From Octopus bimaculoides (taxonomy: Eukaryota): a stretch of DNA of 64,000 bases. The DNA is taken from contig NC_068984.1 of NCBI RefSeq assembly GCF_001194135.2, positions 15,500,726 to 15,564,725 on the forward strand, written 5' to 3'. Positions 25,262-38,000 of the stretch are shown here, piece by piece. Every line of letters starts with the position of its first letter. Within the stretch, counting starts at the first letter, position 1. Below the pieces are notes generated by a model that was not told where the DNA came from, did no database searches, and saw only the letters and a list, made by a program, of their open reading frames with translations. The position numbers and the translations under genes are program-made.

Positions 25262-26839
25262 ATTTTTAGTGCTTATTGTACTGACAGATTTCAGGATTTG
25301 AATTCAGAATATAAAAGACTGAAACTAAATTCTTTAAAATACTTTTAAAGGACACAGATACTCTTTTCTTCTACCTCAATTCTTAGAACAATAAACAGAT
25401 CGATGCCCAATCACCTTCTAATACTCTATTAAATTTTTAAATGGCTAAGTCAGAGGAGACAGAACAGTACCCCTGACTATTTTTCAGGCCTCCAAGACTG
25501 GTGGTTAGAAACTATTTCTTAGACCTGACCCAAATGCTTACAAGAAAGTGGTCTCTGCTAAAGGTACCGAAGTAATGATGTTAAGCTGACTGTTAGTGTA
25601 AGTCAAGAATATATATAGTTTGATAGTCTTCCACCCAGCTTCTGCCTACCCAGTTCCATTCACAATGCTTTAATAGTAGACATTTCTCCTAAGGTATCAT
25701 GTGGTGGGATGAAACTTGGCTGCATGTAATTGTGAAGGAAAGTTCTTTACATGGTATCAATTACGAATGCTGTATCATTTATTGATTCCTCTTCACCAGA
25801 GATCTAGCACTAGAAATAAGACGTAGGTGGTGGGATGAATAGAATCCCTCCAAATGGATTTTCTTTCCGAGTTGAGATATAAAATACATCCGTTAAAGAA
25901 TTCTTACAAGATTCTAAACTACACACTTGTACGGTCGAGCACATAATCCATCATATTAATCTTAACATATAGTTCCAAAAAATTATATCACCCCAAGGAG
26001 AATGAAAAGGAAAATTTACGTTGCAAAGATTTAATTCAACTGCCACGTCACCGAAATTCTTCTTACATAAGCACAAGGCATCCCATTTGGAGGTTAGTCA
26101 ATTATATCAACCCTAGTATTCAACAAGTACTTATTTTATCGACCCCAGAGGTACGAAAGGCAAAGCTGACTTCGGCGGGATTTGAACTAAGAACGTAAAG
26201 AGCAGGAAGATAATGGGAGGCAGTTTTTGCGACACTCTAACAACTCAATCGATCCCCGGTTCATCATTAAGAAAAATTATTTTTAATATTGGAACAAAGC
26301 CAGAGATTAGGAGGAAAGGCACAGTATTTATTTGGTACTCCTTTTATCTACTCTGGACGAATGAGACAAAAATTAATCCTGTTATTATTGGAATTCAGAA
26401 CGTAAATACTTGAAACTTGTCCCGCCACTCTGTATATTAGGCCCTAGAAGTTTTAAAAGTTTAATAATGAAACATTTAAGAAACGGAGAGTGGCAGAATT
26501 AATATAGTACATTAAATGTGACATTTAGTTACGTTCGAAGTTAAAATTTCAGTGGAGAGTCGACTTGGTTTTCATTCCACCGAGGTAGATTCATAGAAAT
26601 AATTATCGCTCTAAAAATAAGGACCTTTAAATCGATTACACCAAACATCTGCATATATCAGTAGTCTGTGCCAAAGTCACATGAGAGTTGTGAAAATATT
26701 TAGTTAAAAAGAAATATTAATACTGTATTTACTTATACAGTAATTAATATAGGTAGATTTTACAACGTTTTCTGAAGAACAAATGAAAATAAAATAAAAT
26801 TCGGGAAAAATATTTTGTTATCAAAACAAATTTAGCCGC

Positions 26840-27394
26840 CCAATCTTGAATTCTTCGTTTCATTGGTTGGAAATTTAAACAACAAAAACTAATACTACAT
26901 GTTTATTAGGCTTTTTTTTTACGAATTAGGGATTATTTTACTTTTTTAAAAGATAGGAACATAATATTTCACTAATGTACATTTTTAAATGAGAAAAATT
27001 AAAAGGAGAAACAAAAGGCAACTGATAAAATGTTTTGTTGTGTCGGAGTTTAACGAAAGCCGAAGTAATCTGATTGGTCAGTTGTCTAAAGGCATCGCGC
27101 TTGGAAACGATCTGATTGGTTAGTTGTGAAAAGGAGACAAATTTGAAAATAAAAATCGTTCATCATAAACGCTATCTACACATGTAAAATTAAAGTTCCG
27201 TTCATAAGTGAAATCTTGAAAATCTTTGAGTTTTGAGGCAAAAGAAATAATTGAATTTGTTTACTGGATCATCTTGTTTCTATATTTGAACTTTACTTTT
27301 TCTCAATCCTATTTCAAATACCTAAACTAAAAAATTTTTTTGGCGCAAATCTATTGACAGTACTCGCCGACTTGTTTGTTAAAATCGACAAAAA
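26840..27394 (+). promoter_or_regulatory. Putative promoter and non-coding exon 1 of the Emi gene (CCAAT boxes, CHR-like and E2F motifs)
   Basis: CCAAT at 26840; ATTGG at 26862, 27073 and 27115; TTTGAA at 27142 and 27285; TTTGGCGC at 27339; strong donor GTAAGT at 27395. The coding ATG at 28981 lies immediately after an acceptor (ttattttcag). Confidence 0.6.
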
Positions 27395-27981
27395 GTAAGT
27401 ATCATATTTTATATTTTCGTTTTAATAATAGCAATAGTTGGAATTCTGTTTTATTATTACAAAAAAAACGTGTTTATTTTACTGCTAAGATAAAACATAC
27501 TAAATCATTTTTTTCGTTTCCACTAAACTTGTGTACCTCCCCCCCTTCTCTCCATTACTCAGTTTCTTTACCAAACCCTAAAATATATCCCTATAATTTA
27601 AAAATCGAATTATTTTAAGAGATAGCCATTCGATTTACCTACTGATCTCTTTTTATATCATCCCAATAGCATACTGTTTATTTACTACTAGATATGTCGC
27701 TAGTTAAATTAGCCTTGTTATATTAAACCCTACCACCTAAAATGCAATGATGAAGCTGTGATGTAATAAAATTTGTTGAAAGATGGATTAAATTTGAGAA
27801 TCCAATATATTCTATTAAGATGCTGTCAACAATTTATTTGATGTTTACTTACTTCCAATTAGAAATTTGAACGTTCCCGCCTGATTGTTTGCAAGGCGGA
27901 TTTTGGGAATTTTTAATTTAATTTTCTATGCGAAGAATTCATTAAAATACTTGACTAAGGAAATATCCACTATACACACAA

Positions 27982-28013
<32 letters not shown>

Positions 28014-28980
28014 CATATAATATATATATACACACGTACATATAGCATTATTATAATATGGCAATCCTTATTTTACTGAAACGAGAGTTTTCTGATTAAA
28101 AAAAGATTCCAATTTAATTCAAAGTGGAAACGTAGCTTATTCTATGCACTTTTAAAGGATTAAACAATTCATGTAATTAGTTAAGTATTTAATTACCTAA
28201 TAATGAAAGGCATTACTTATAAAACGAATATTTGATGTTATCTAGCAATAGTCCAAATAAAAATCCCGCCGATTTAGCTTTGGTTTTCATCCTTTGGGTT
28301 TATAATTAAGTAACCAGCAATATATTCTAAAGATCAGTTTAATTTACTTCATTCTCTCTTATTTTGTCTAGAAAATAAAATCTTGTTGATTTAAAAGAAG
28401 AAATTCAAATAGATTTTATCATGTTGATTCCGAGCTATCTCGATCAACTTTAATGTCACTTGAAATTTAAACCTCAAAAGTAATAACCAATGCTCGAATG
28501 ATTATTTCTAATTTGATATAAATATTTCTGTTTAATGCCATTTAATATATTTAATGTCTATTAAAATAATTCGACATTGAATTTTCTGTAATTGTTGAGG
28601 GTTTTGAAATCTACCGCCATTTTTTCCCTCCAGGTTCGCGTCACGTCGTTTCCTTCCCTTGATATCTTTTCTTTTCTTGGGTTCAGCAGTGTCCTTTTTC
28701 AGTTGACTTTATTCGAGCTTATATTTAATCATTACTTTCAAACAACTGAAACCGAACATTATAGTCTAGATGTTTTATAATGCAAATTTGAAGAAGATAT
28801 AAAAAAGCTGTTTTTATACATCGTGCACTGCATAGTTTTTTCACCCCGCCACTTAAAAATTTACCAATATTTGTAAGCAACCCTTTATTTTTAACACTGT
28901 TATTGATTTTTGAAAATAATTACAAATATTATATCGATCATGTATTAATGTAGATATATATTTCTGCAATTTATTTTCAG

Positions 28981-30702
28981 ATGACTCTCGACATTACAGA
29001 TAAGTATTTCAACCAACACAACAAGAAAATGTGGTTCAGAAAGAACATCGATTCGTCCAACTTCAAGAAACCTATCTTGACTAGTACACCTCTAGATGTA
29101 CCGAGTAGTAAATATTTTGATGACAGTGGTTACGTTAGTCCTCCCTGCAACACAATAACCCCATTAAATTTAAATGAGCGCTTCGGTCAAGAACCAGTGT
29201 CGATTGAGAAATTTGAGGTGTCCCTTGACCACGAATACCAGGACGTTCCTCAGAACCGGCTTGATTGGCAAGAAGCTGAAGAGGAGGATGTACTCGGTAA
29301 AAAACAACTACGAAGATCTCTTAATGCAGTTTCTCAGAAACGTGTGAACACTGAAAATATCACAATATTGAGGAAAAGCTTCGATTGTTCAAATATTATT
29401 GGCAAAAGGATAGGTAGGAAAAATTGTGATATTGTTTCTGGATTGGATCAAAGAAACATTTCTGCATTTCTTACAAAGTTAGTAGGCTATCTGTCTCCTG
29501 AAGATATACACAGGTAAGCTGTGCCTTTTTAACCTTTATATTTTCTAAATATAGTTGGATTTTATTCTGATTTTTTTGTACATAAGATATGAATTTAAAT
29601 GGTATATATTGGTAATAGAATGTCGATTTTCGTTATCTTCCCCAGCATATATTATGTCAGTAAACGGTGGCAGGTCGTTTGTGATAAAATCTCTCAAGCA
29701 CAGATTAAGTTAAAACAGTTTCAAGCAACGAGGAGATTAGCTGCAATTGAAAATAAGGTAAGTTTGTTATTTTTTAAATAGTTATCTTTTACCGTTTACC
29801 AGTTTCAGTCAATAAACTGCGGCTATACTTCTGTATATATTTTAGTCGAATGAATCGACTCCAGGACTTATTTTTTAAAACCTGGTATTTAGTCTATCGG
29901 TCTCTTGCCGAACAGCTAAGTTTGAGGGGACATAAACAAACCAACACCGGTTGTCAAGCAATGGTGGGGGACAGACAATATTCATATAATATACGACGGG
30001 CTTTTTTCAGCTTTCATCTACCAAATCCACTCAAAGCTTTGGCCCGGCACTATAGTAGAAGGCCCTAGGTGAGACGTAGTGGGATTGAAATAGGAACCAT
30101 GTGGTTAGGAAGCAAATTTTTTAAAGGGTTGGTCATCTTATATTCTAGATGCAAAATGTTTTTATTTTTCAGGAAAACTTCAACCGCAAATGTGAAACCA
30201 ATGTTCAGAAAACGACGTTCACAAAATCTGAATTGTTTCTTCAAGTGAGTTTTCTCCCTTTAATGTTATTGCTTGCTAAATTCCTACTTTTTTTTTATAT
30301 CATGAAGAATTTAGCTGATGAAAGTTATGTACTAAAGCAATGTATTTATATTTATAAATCCCAAGTTTATTTCATCTTGGCATGCTCCCACATTCACACA
30401 CCATTTGAATATTTTGTATTGCAAAGAACGTGAAGAATCTCCGTCTTCTTTTTTTTCAGCTTGCTGCCTCTTTACAAAACGACCAGCATCTTCAGAAGTG
30501 TCCAAAATGTCAGCACCCAGCCAAAGTTCATCCTGTTGCCGACAAAGGCGTTTGTACAAACAATGCTTGTGATCACCAATACTGCTCAAAATGTCTGGCT
30601 AATTATCATGGTTCAGCATCTTGTGTTCTCATAGGTGTCAAACGGTTACCGAAAGAAATTCTCAATACCAAAAAAGCCAAAAAGTTTCTAAAGCGGCTAT
30701 GA
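28981..30702 (+). CDS. FBXO5/FBXO43: Emi1/Emi2 (Rca1)-family F-box APC/C inhibitor, 319 aa; join(28981..29513,29646..29757,30173..30244,30460..30702)
   Basis: Four exons with GT-AG boundaries and matching phases sum to 960 nt. The product has a DSGYVS beta-TrCP-type degron, an RRSL D-box-like motif, an F-box (LVGYLSPEDIHSIYYVSKRWQVVC), a zinc-binding region (CPKCQHP...C...C...CSKC...H...C) and the C-terminal KKAKKFLKRL* 'RL tail'. The vertebrate paralogue (FBXO5 vs FBXO43) cannot be assigned. Confidence 0.95.
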
Positions 30703-32037
30703 GACCAAAAATGTGGAAGGCAGAATATAAATCTTAAAGATAAAATTAAAAAAAGTCCACAACTACTGGAGAACAAAGTGGATGGTGCTGTCCCAAAAGA
30801 CAGCCACAACATATCTGGCTTTGCTGCTTCTGTGAGATTTCGGATATTCTAGTGGCAAGGAGATTGCAAGCATTGGCGATCTTTTTTTTTAATTATCCTT
30901 TCTCATCCTTGAAATCTACCTCACAGTATTTGGATGATCTCAGTGAAAGGAAAATAACCAAATCATCTGGATTAGCAACTTTGGAAGACTATCAGAATAG
31001 TCATGCTAAAATGGACTTTTAAAATTGATCTCCGTCTCTGCACACACACGCATTCCTCATTCTATGAACAAAATCTATTGACTAAAAGTAATCTGTGACT
31101 GTGATATGTATATAAGATTCCTTTTCTATGTGAATTCCTTGTCTTTTATCTAAAGTTCTGATTTCCTTCATATTTATATAAAGCCACATGATGGTTAATA
31201 AATAAAACAAAAGTGCTATTATAAACTGATCTCTCTTAACTGGTAGTATTATTGGAACAGCTAATCCAGTAAGAGCATTTTCAGAAATATAAAAGTATTT
31301 CAAAATTTAATTAGTATTTTATATAATGTGACTGATTAGGTCTTCATAGTCATTTTATTGGGTAGATAAAGTGTAATCTACCTAAGTCTATTAACACAGC
31401 AGAGACCAGGGTAAACATGACTTTAATGCAGTATTTATTATTTTTGTGTTTGTATCTCGTATATTTGTGTCTGTGCTTGTGACCACATCTGAGTGCAATA
31501 TTTGAGGTGATTATTGTCTTAGATCACCAAGTGTCTTTGAAGTGAATGTATTTTAAGTGTGCATGAATTCTTTGATTGTGGCTTCAAGTATTAAAGAAAA
31601 TATTTGCATTAAAACATGATTGGATTTTTCACATAATTTTGGACGTATTTAATCATCAATGTTAAATATGTGCATATTTCTTTTAGGACTTTGTGATAAA
31701 TCCAAAAGATCATCTACCCTCATGAACTTTCTAATGAAGCCTATTGTTTCAAACTTTACAGAGAAATAATAAAAATTTTACAATTGGCCTGTTATTTTCT
31801 TCAATTATTTATTTGGTGATAGGCTTTAATTACATTTTCATTTATAATGAACTTTGGTGAATAAAGAATGAACAATTTTGAATGCTTCTTCTCCTTGCTC
31901 CCAGATTGGGTCGCAAGCCTGTGTTCTTGAAATAATTTGTTGCACCATATTGGTTTTAATATAACCTTGTATTCAGCTATCCTCTAGAAGGTGACTGTTT
32001 ACAATATAAATTATGACCCAAGCCATAAGATACTGCA

Positions 32038-35000
32038 TTATCCTGTTGTTTTCCACCCCATACCCCTCCATTGTAATGAGATGAAATCAACTTCATTGAC
32101 GTCGTTGAGGGAGCAGAGAACTACTGTTTTTCTTACTGATGTCCCAAGCCTCTCAATTGCTGCTATGTCCATCATTGGAATTGTTTCTGTTTGTTTCACA
32201 CACCGCACAATGAAAAATGAATGATATCTGGCTGGATCACCTGGGAAATATTGAAGTTTTAAAAAGAATTGAAAGCGATTTATAGAAGTGGAAAGAGCAC
32301 AAACTGAAAGTTATGTGGCATGTAAAAAGCACCATTTGAGTGTGGTCGTTGCCAGTGCTGTCCTGACTGGCTCCTGAGCCAGTCGTCGTCGTTGTTTAGC
32401 GTCCGATTTCCATGCTAGCATGGGTTGGACGATTTGACTGAGGACTGGTGAAACCAGATGGCTCCAATCTGATTTGGCAGAGTTTCTACAGCTGGATGCC
32501 CTTCCTAACGCCAACCACTCCAAGAGTGTAGTGGGTGCTTTTACGTGTCACCCGCACGAAGGCCAGTCAGGCGGTACTGGCAACAGCCACGCTCGAAATG
32601 ATGCATTTCATGTGCCACCCGCACAAAAAAAATTTAAATAATTCATGTGTCGCCCGCACATGAGCCAGTCCAGGGGAACCAGCAACGATCTCACTCGAAA
32701 ATCTTACAACGGCCCCGCACAAGAGCCAGTCCAGGGGCACTGGCAACGGTCTCGGCATGTAAAAAGCACCATTCAAATGTGGTCAGTGCCATCTGATTGG
32801 CCTCCATGCTGGTGGCATGTAAAAAGCACCCACTACACACTCAGGGTGGTTAGCATTAGGAAGGGCATCCAGCTGTAGAAACTATGCTGGATCAGATTGG
32901 AGTCTGGTGCAGCTTCTTTGCTTGCCTGTCCTCAGTGAAACCATTCAATCCATGCCAGCTTGGAAAGCAGACGTTAAACGAAGATGATGATACAATAGTA
33001 AATTCACTCTTGTTTCTTCTAAGAAAGATTGCTTATGAATTAAGTACTCAAGTATTTTATTTAGAGAAATCAATCACAAAATTTTAAATGGTAACTTAAA
33101 TACAGTTGGTCCTTAATTTATTTAGGCTATGGTATAATAAACAAAGCAGAGAAAAAAAAAAGACCTTAATTAATGTTAAATGACATGCAGCACCATTAAT
33201 TTCTTCCTTTTCATAGACACCTGCTCCCATCCATTTGTAAGGGGAAAATAAGCTACGCATGTTTCATCTGAAGCTAAATTATACCCGAGATAAAACATTT
33301 TTAATGAGAAATATAGTGTAAAGAAATAAAAACAGCTCACCAGGATATACGAGGAAGTCTCCGCCAAATTTAGAACCATGTGTTAAAAAGTATCCTTGTT
33401 CCCAGAACTCCTTGAATACTCGATATCGCAAGTTTTGCATTGCATTTGAAGGGAATATCCATTCAGCTTCTTTGTAAGTTCTGTTAATCCATGGATTTTC
33501 TATAAAAGATGTCCCAATAATTATTACCTCTAAAATATCCAATATTAACTTCAAAGATGAAAGTTGCAATATAAGAATATAGCAGGTACTCACCAGTAAA
33601 GATTTGTACAACTGAATTTTTTTCATCAATAGGGGGTATTTTAATTTCATCAACATCAATTTCTACTTCTTTTTCAAATTCTGTATCGTCAATTTCCATT
33701 CCCAATTGTTTTTGATGTTCCAATTGCTGATTTCGTTTTGCTTTCTTGCCTTTTACAATATTAGATAAGTTACGTATTGTATCCATTCTCCGCTCTTGTT
33801 GATAGAGAGGTATCTGAAATTTTGATATGCAAACTGTAGTCTTTTGAGATATTACAGCGAAAGCATTAAGTTTGTAATAAATGGCCATCTTTTGAAAACT
33901 CCTGCACATCTGACAACAAATGTTGGTTTGATTACATCCCTGTAACAACAGCTTGGCAAAATGAGACTGATAAAATCAGTACTGGTGTTAATTTGAGTAA
34001 ACCACACCAGCACAAAGATGACTGTGATCAAGGAGTTTGCTTTGCGACTACTTAGTTTTGGGGTTTGCTCTTACTGTGTGGCGCATTGGGCGAGTGTCTT
34101 CTATAGCCCTGGACTGACCAGTGCCTTGTGACTGAATTTGGCAAGTGTAGTGTGGGGAAGCCCATTATGTGCATCTTTGTGTTTGTTCCAACCACCATTA
34201 GACAATTGGTGTTTTTTTTATGTGCCTATGATTTAATAGTTTAGCAACAGAAAAAAAAAAAAAAGAAACCAACAGAATAAGTACTTGTGCCCCAGCATGA
34301 CCGTAGCTCAATGACTGAAAAGTATTTGTCAATATCAATTAGTCTAAGCAGTAATAATCTAGCTGTTTTACATTTAATCCTTTCGTTACTGTATTTATTT
34401 TGAGATGCTCTGTGTTCTTTTCACTTAATTTTAAATATAACTATTATTAAGCTAGTGTTTGGGACATAAATTGTGACTAAAGTTTGGAAGATTATAATTG
34501 AGACATTTGTACTACAGAGCCAGAGGCGGTTTCAGTTGGGTTGGTATTGAAAGGATTAAAATAGTTTAACTCTTATGCTGGTGGTGGCATGTTAGAAAAT
34601 CATTCGAGCGAGGTCGTTGCCAGTGCCACTGGACTGGCTCCTGTGCAGGTGGCATGTAAAAAAACACCTTTTTGAGCGTGGCCGCTGCCAGTACCGTGTG
34701 ACTGGCCCTTGTGCCGGTGGCACGTAAAAGCATCCACTACACTCTCGGAGTGGTTGGCGTTAGGAAGGGCATCCAGCTGTAGAAACTCCGCCAGATCAGA
34801 TTGGAGCCTGGTGCAGCCTTTTGGCTTGCCAGTCCTCAGTCAAATCGTCTAACCCATGCTAGCATGGAAAGCGGACATTAAAGGATGATGATGATGATGA
34901 TTGATTAGGTAGCACAAATACACATCATGTGTTCATTAACTTATTCTGTCACTAATTAGTCGGATTTAAATGGTGGCCCTTTAGTGGTAGATTCGAGAAA

Positions 35001-38000
35001 ATTTGAAGTTTGGTTGACAAATTTGAAGTAAATTACCCTGGCGTTTCACTGTTTAGCTGTAAAGGTTATTTGAAATATTTATTCAATACACTAAAGGTAT
35101 GTTACCTGTTCTGTGTAGCTCTGATGTCTTTGTTCTTCATAAGCTTGTATTTCTTCAGGTGATAGTTTATTAGGAAAAACTTCTTGAATTAGATGAGCAA
35201 TACCTTAATAAAAAGAGAAAAAAATTAAAATCCAATTTGGAAAGAGAATTTATAAATGCAGGTGTGGATGAGAAGCTTGTTTTCTGACCATGTGGTCTTG
35301 GATTCAGTCCCATTGGAATAAATGTCTACAATAATCTGAGCTAACCAAAGCCTTGTGAATGGTTTTGGTGGATGGAAACCAAAAGAAGTCTGTTACGTAC
35401 AAACGTGTATATGTTTGTGTACATCCTTGTCTTGACATGCAATGGTTGTGAATGAGCATCACTGTCAAATAAATGTTTGTTTCCATTCTTCCCTCAAAAA
35501 TATGTTTAACCATGGGGGAAATATTATCTTGCTTGGAAACAGGTGAGGGTTGGTGACAGGAAGGGCATCCAGCCATAGGAAATTTGACTCAAGTTCCATG
35601 CGATCCATGCTAGCATGAGAAAGGAAGCATTTAAACGATGCTGGTGAGAATTATGGCATTACTATTTCTGAGCTTGGTTTGCTGAAGAGAAAAGTGTTCT
35701 GTTTCTAGAAATCAATAGAAACAAAGATATTTGTGTGCAAACAGCATTCAGCACAAATTAAGATTCAACTAACTGAAACCAAATTTCTTCTGTTAGTGTC
35801 ATTTCAGTATTAGGAGTTAAACTGATATGACTTGCAATTTTTACATCCACTTTTTCATGCTAGCATGAGTTGGATGGTACTTTTTGAAGCAGTGTTTTAT
35901 GGTTTGATGCTAACCCTTTCAATTGCATCATGCAGCACATTGTCAACCACCATTAGACAACTGGTGTTTTGTGTGCCTATAATTTAATAGTTTAGAAAAC
36001 TTTTGACAGGGTCCCCTGATCCCTTGTCTGGTGGTTAATGGGGAAACTATGGATAGGTGAGTGGTTGGTGAGAGCTGTACAAGCCTTGTACAGGGAAATT
36101 ACCAGAAAGTTGACGGTGGGCCACGAGTACAGTGAAGAATTCAGGGTACAAGTAGGATCGGTGTTCAGCCCCATCTTTTTCATCATAGTCCTCCAGGCAA
36201 TAACAGGAATTCAAGACAGGATGTCCCTGGGAGCTCCTCTATGCTGATGACCTTGCTCTTATAGCTGAATCACTTAACTGAACTAGAGAAGTTCCAGGTA
36301 TGGAAGCAAGGTCTAGAATCGAAGGGCCTTAGAGTTAACCTAGCAAAAACCAAAGTTTCAGTAAATAGGAAGGCAGACAAATCACAAATCCCTTCAGGTA
36401 GATGGCTCTGCTTGATCTGTATAAAAGGTGTAGGTAGAAACTCCATAAGATGCACTCAGTGTAAGCTTTGGACACATAAAAGGTGCAGTAACATCAGAGG
36501 AAGGTTAATAGGGAAACTAACTTTTGCATGTGGAAGGTGCACAGGTACAAAAGACGCTGAAAATGTGCAGAAAATAGACTCCATCAACTGCCAGGGGATC
36601 AAGCTAAAGGTAGTAGACAGTTTCTGTTATCTAAGTGACCAAGTTAGTAGTGGAGGTGGATGCACTGAGAGCGTAGATGTGGGAATAAGATTGGACTGGG
36701 CAAAGTTCAAAGAGCTCCTACCCCTGCTAGCAACAAAGGGCCCCTCTCAGAGTGAAAGGCAGATTGTTTGATGCCTGTATGCAAACAGCTACGCTGCATG
36801 GCAGTGAAACATGGGCTATGACAGCTGAGAACATGCGAAAGAAATGAAGCTAGCATGCTTTGCTGGGTATGCAATGTCAGTGTGCATGTTTGACAGTGTA
36901 AGCACCGAAAGAGAAAAGTTAGGCATAACAGCAATCGGATGTGGTTTGCAAGAGAGACAAATGCATTGGTATGGTCAAGTGATGAGTATGGATGAGGACA
37001 GCTGTGGTAGCGGTAGACCCAGAAAGACATGGGAGAAGGTGGTGAAGCGTGATCTCTGAACTTTGAGCCTCACAGAGGCAATGACTAGTGACTGAGACCG
37101 TTGGCAATGTGCTTTGCTTGAGCGGACCCGTCAAGCCAAGTGCACCCGTGCTGGTGGCATGTAAAGAACATCTTTTGAATGTTGGACCTCACAGAGGCAA
37201 AGTGGCTGAGTTCCTTTCAAGTGTTGGCCCTCATGGAAGCAAATTGGCTGATTTCCATTTGAGTGTTGGGCCTCATGGAGCCAAAGTGGCCGAGTTTCTT
37301 TCGAGTGTTGGGCCTCATGGAGGCAATGACCAAGACCTTTGGCATTATGTCGTACTTGAGAAGAAGACCCATCAAACTGAGCAAAATCGCAGTTGTAGCA
37401 GATACCAGTGTCACGTAAATTGGCACCTGTGCCAATGGCATGTAAAAGCACTGATTGCACTCTGAGAGTGGTTGGCATTAGGAAGGGCATCCAGCCATAG
37501 AAAACCATGCCAAATCAGACAGGAGTCTGGTGCAGCCTTCCAGCATGCCAGCCCAGTCAAACCGTCCAACCCATGCCAGCATGGACAACAGACATTAAAT
37601 GATGATGATATAAATATGTTTTCCATGCTGGCATAGGTTGGATGACTTAACAGCAGCTGGGAAGGCCAGGGACTACACCAGGTTCCATAGTTTGTTTTTG
37701 CTTGGTTTCTGCAATTGGATGCCTTTTTTATGTCGCACCTCGGCCAAGTGTCTCCTACTATAGCCCCAGGTTGACCAAAGCTTTGTGAGTGGATGTGGTA
37801 TATGGAAACTGAAAGAAGCCCATCTTATATATATGCGTTTGCATGAGTTCATATTTCTTCTTGTCTTGACAGGTTGCATGATCTTTGCAGACAAAGAGCT
37901 CATTCACATAGTGTCAATTGTTTGCTGGGCATACAGCCATAGAAAATTGTCACAAAGTAATTTGTGCAAGCATAAAAAATTTGACATTAAAATAAGCTTG

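Noticed and set aside
37173-37330. CRISPR-like array
   Set aside because: The units are contiguous tandem repeats without unique spacers, in a eukaryotic LINE UTR with no cas genes.
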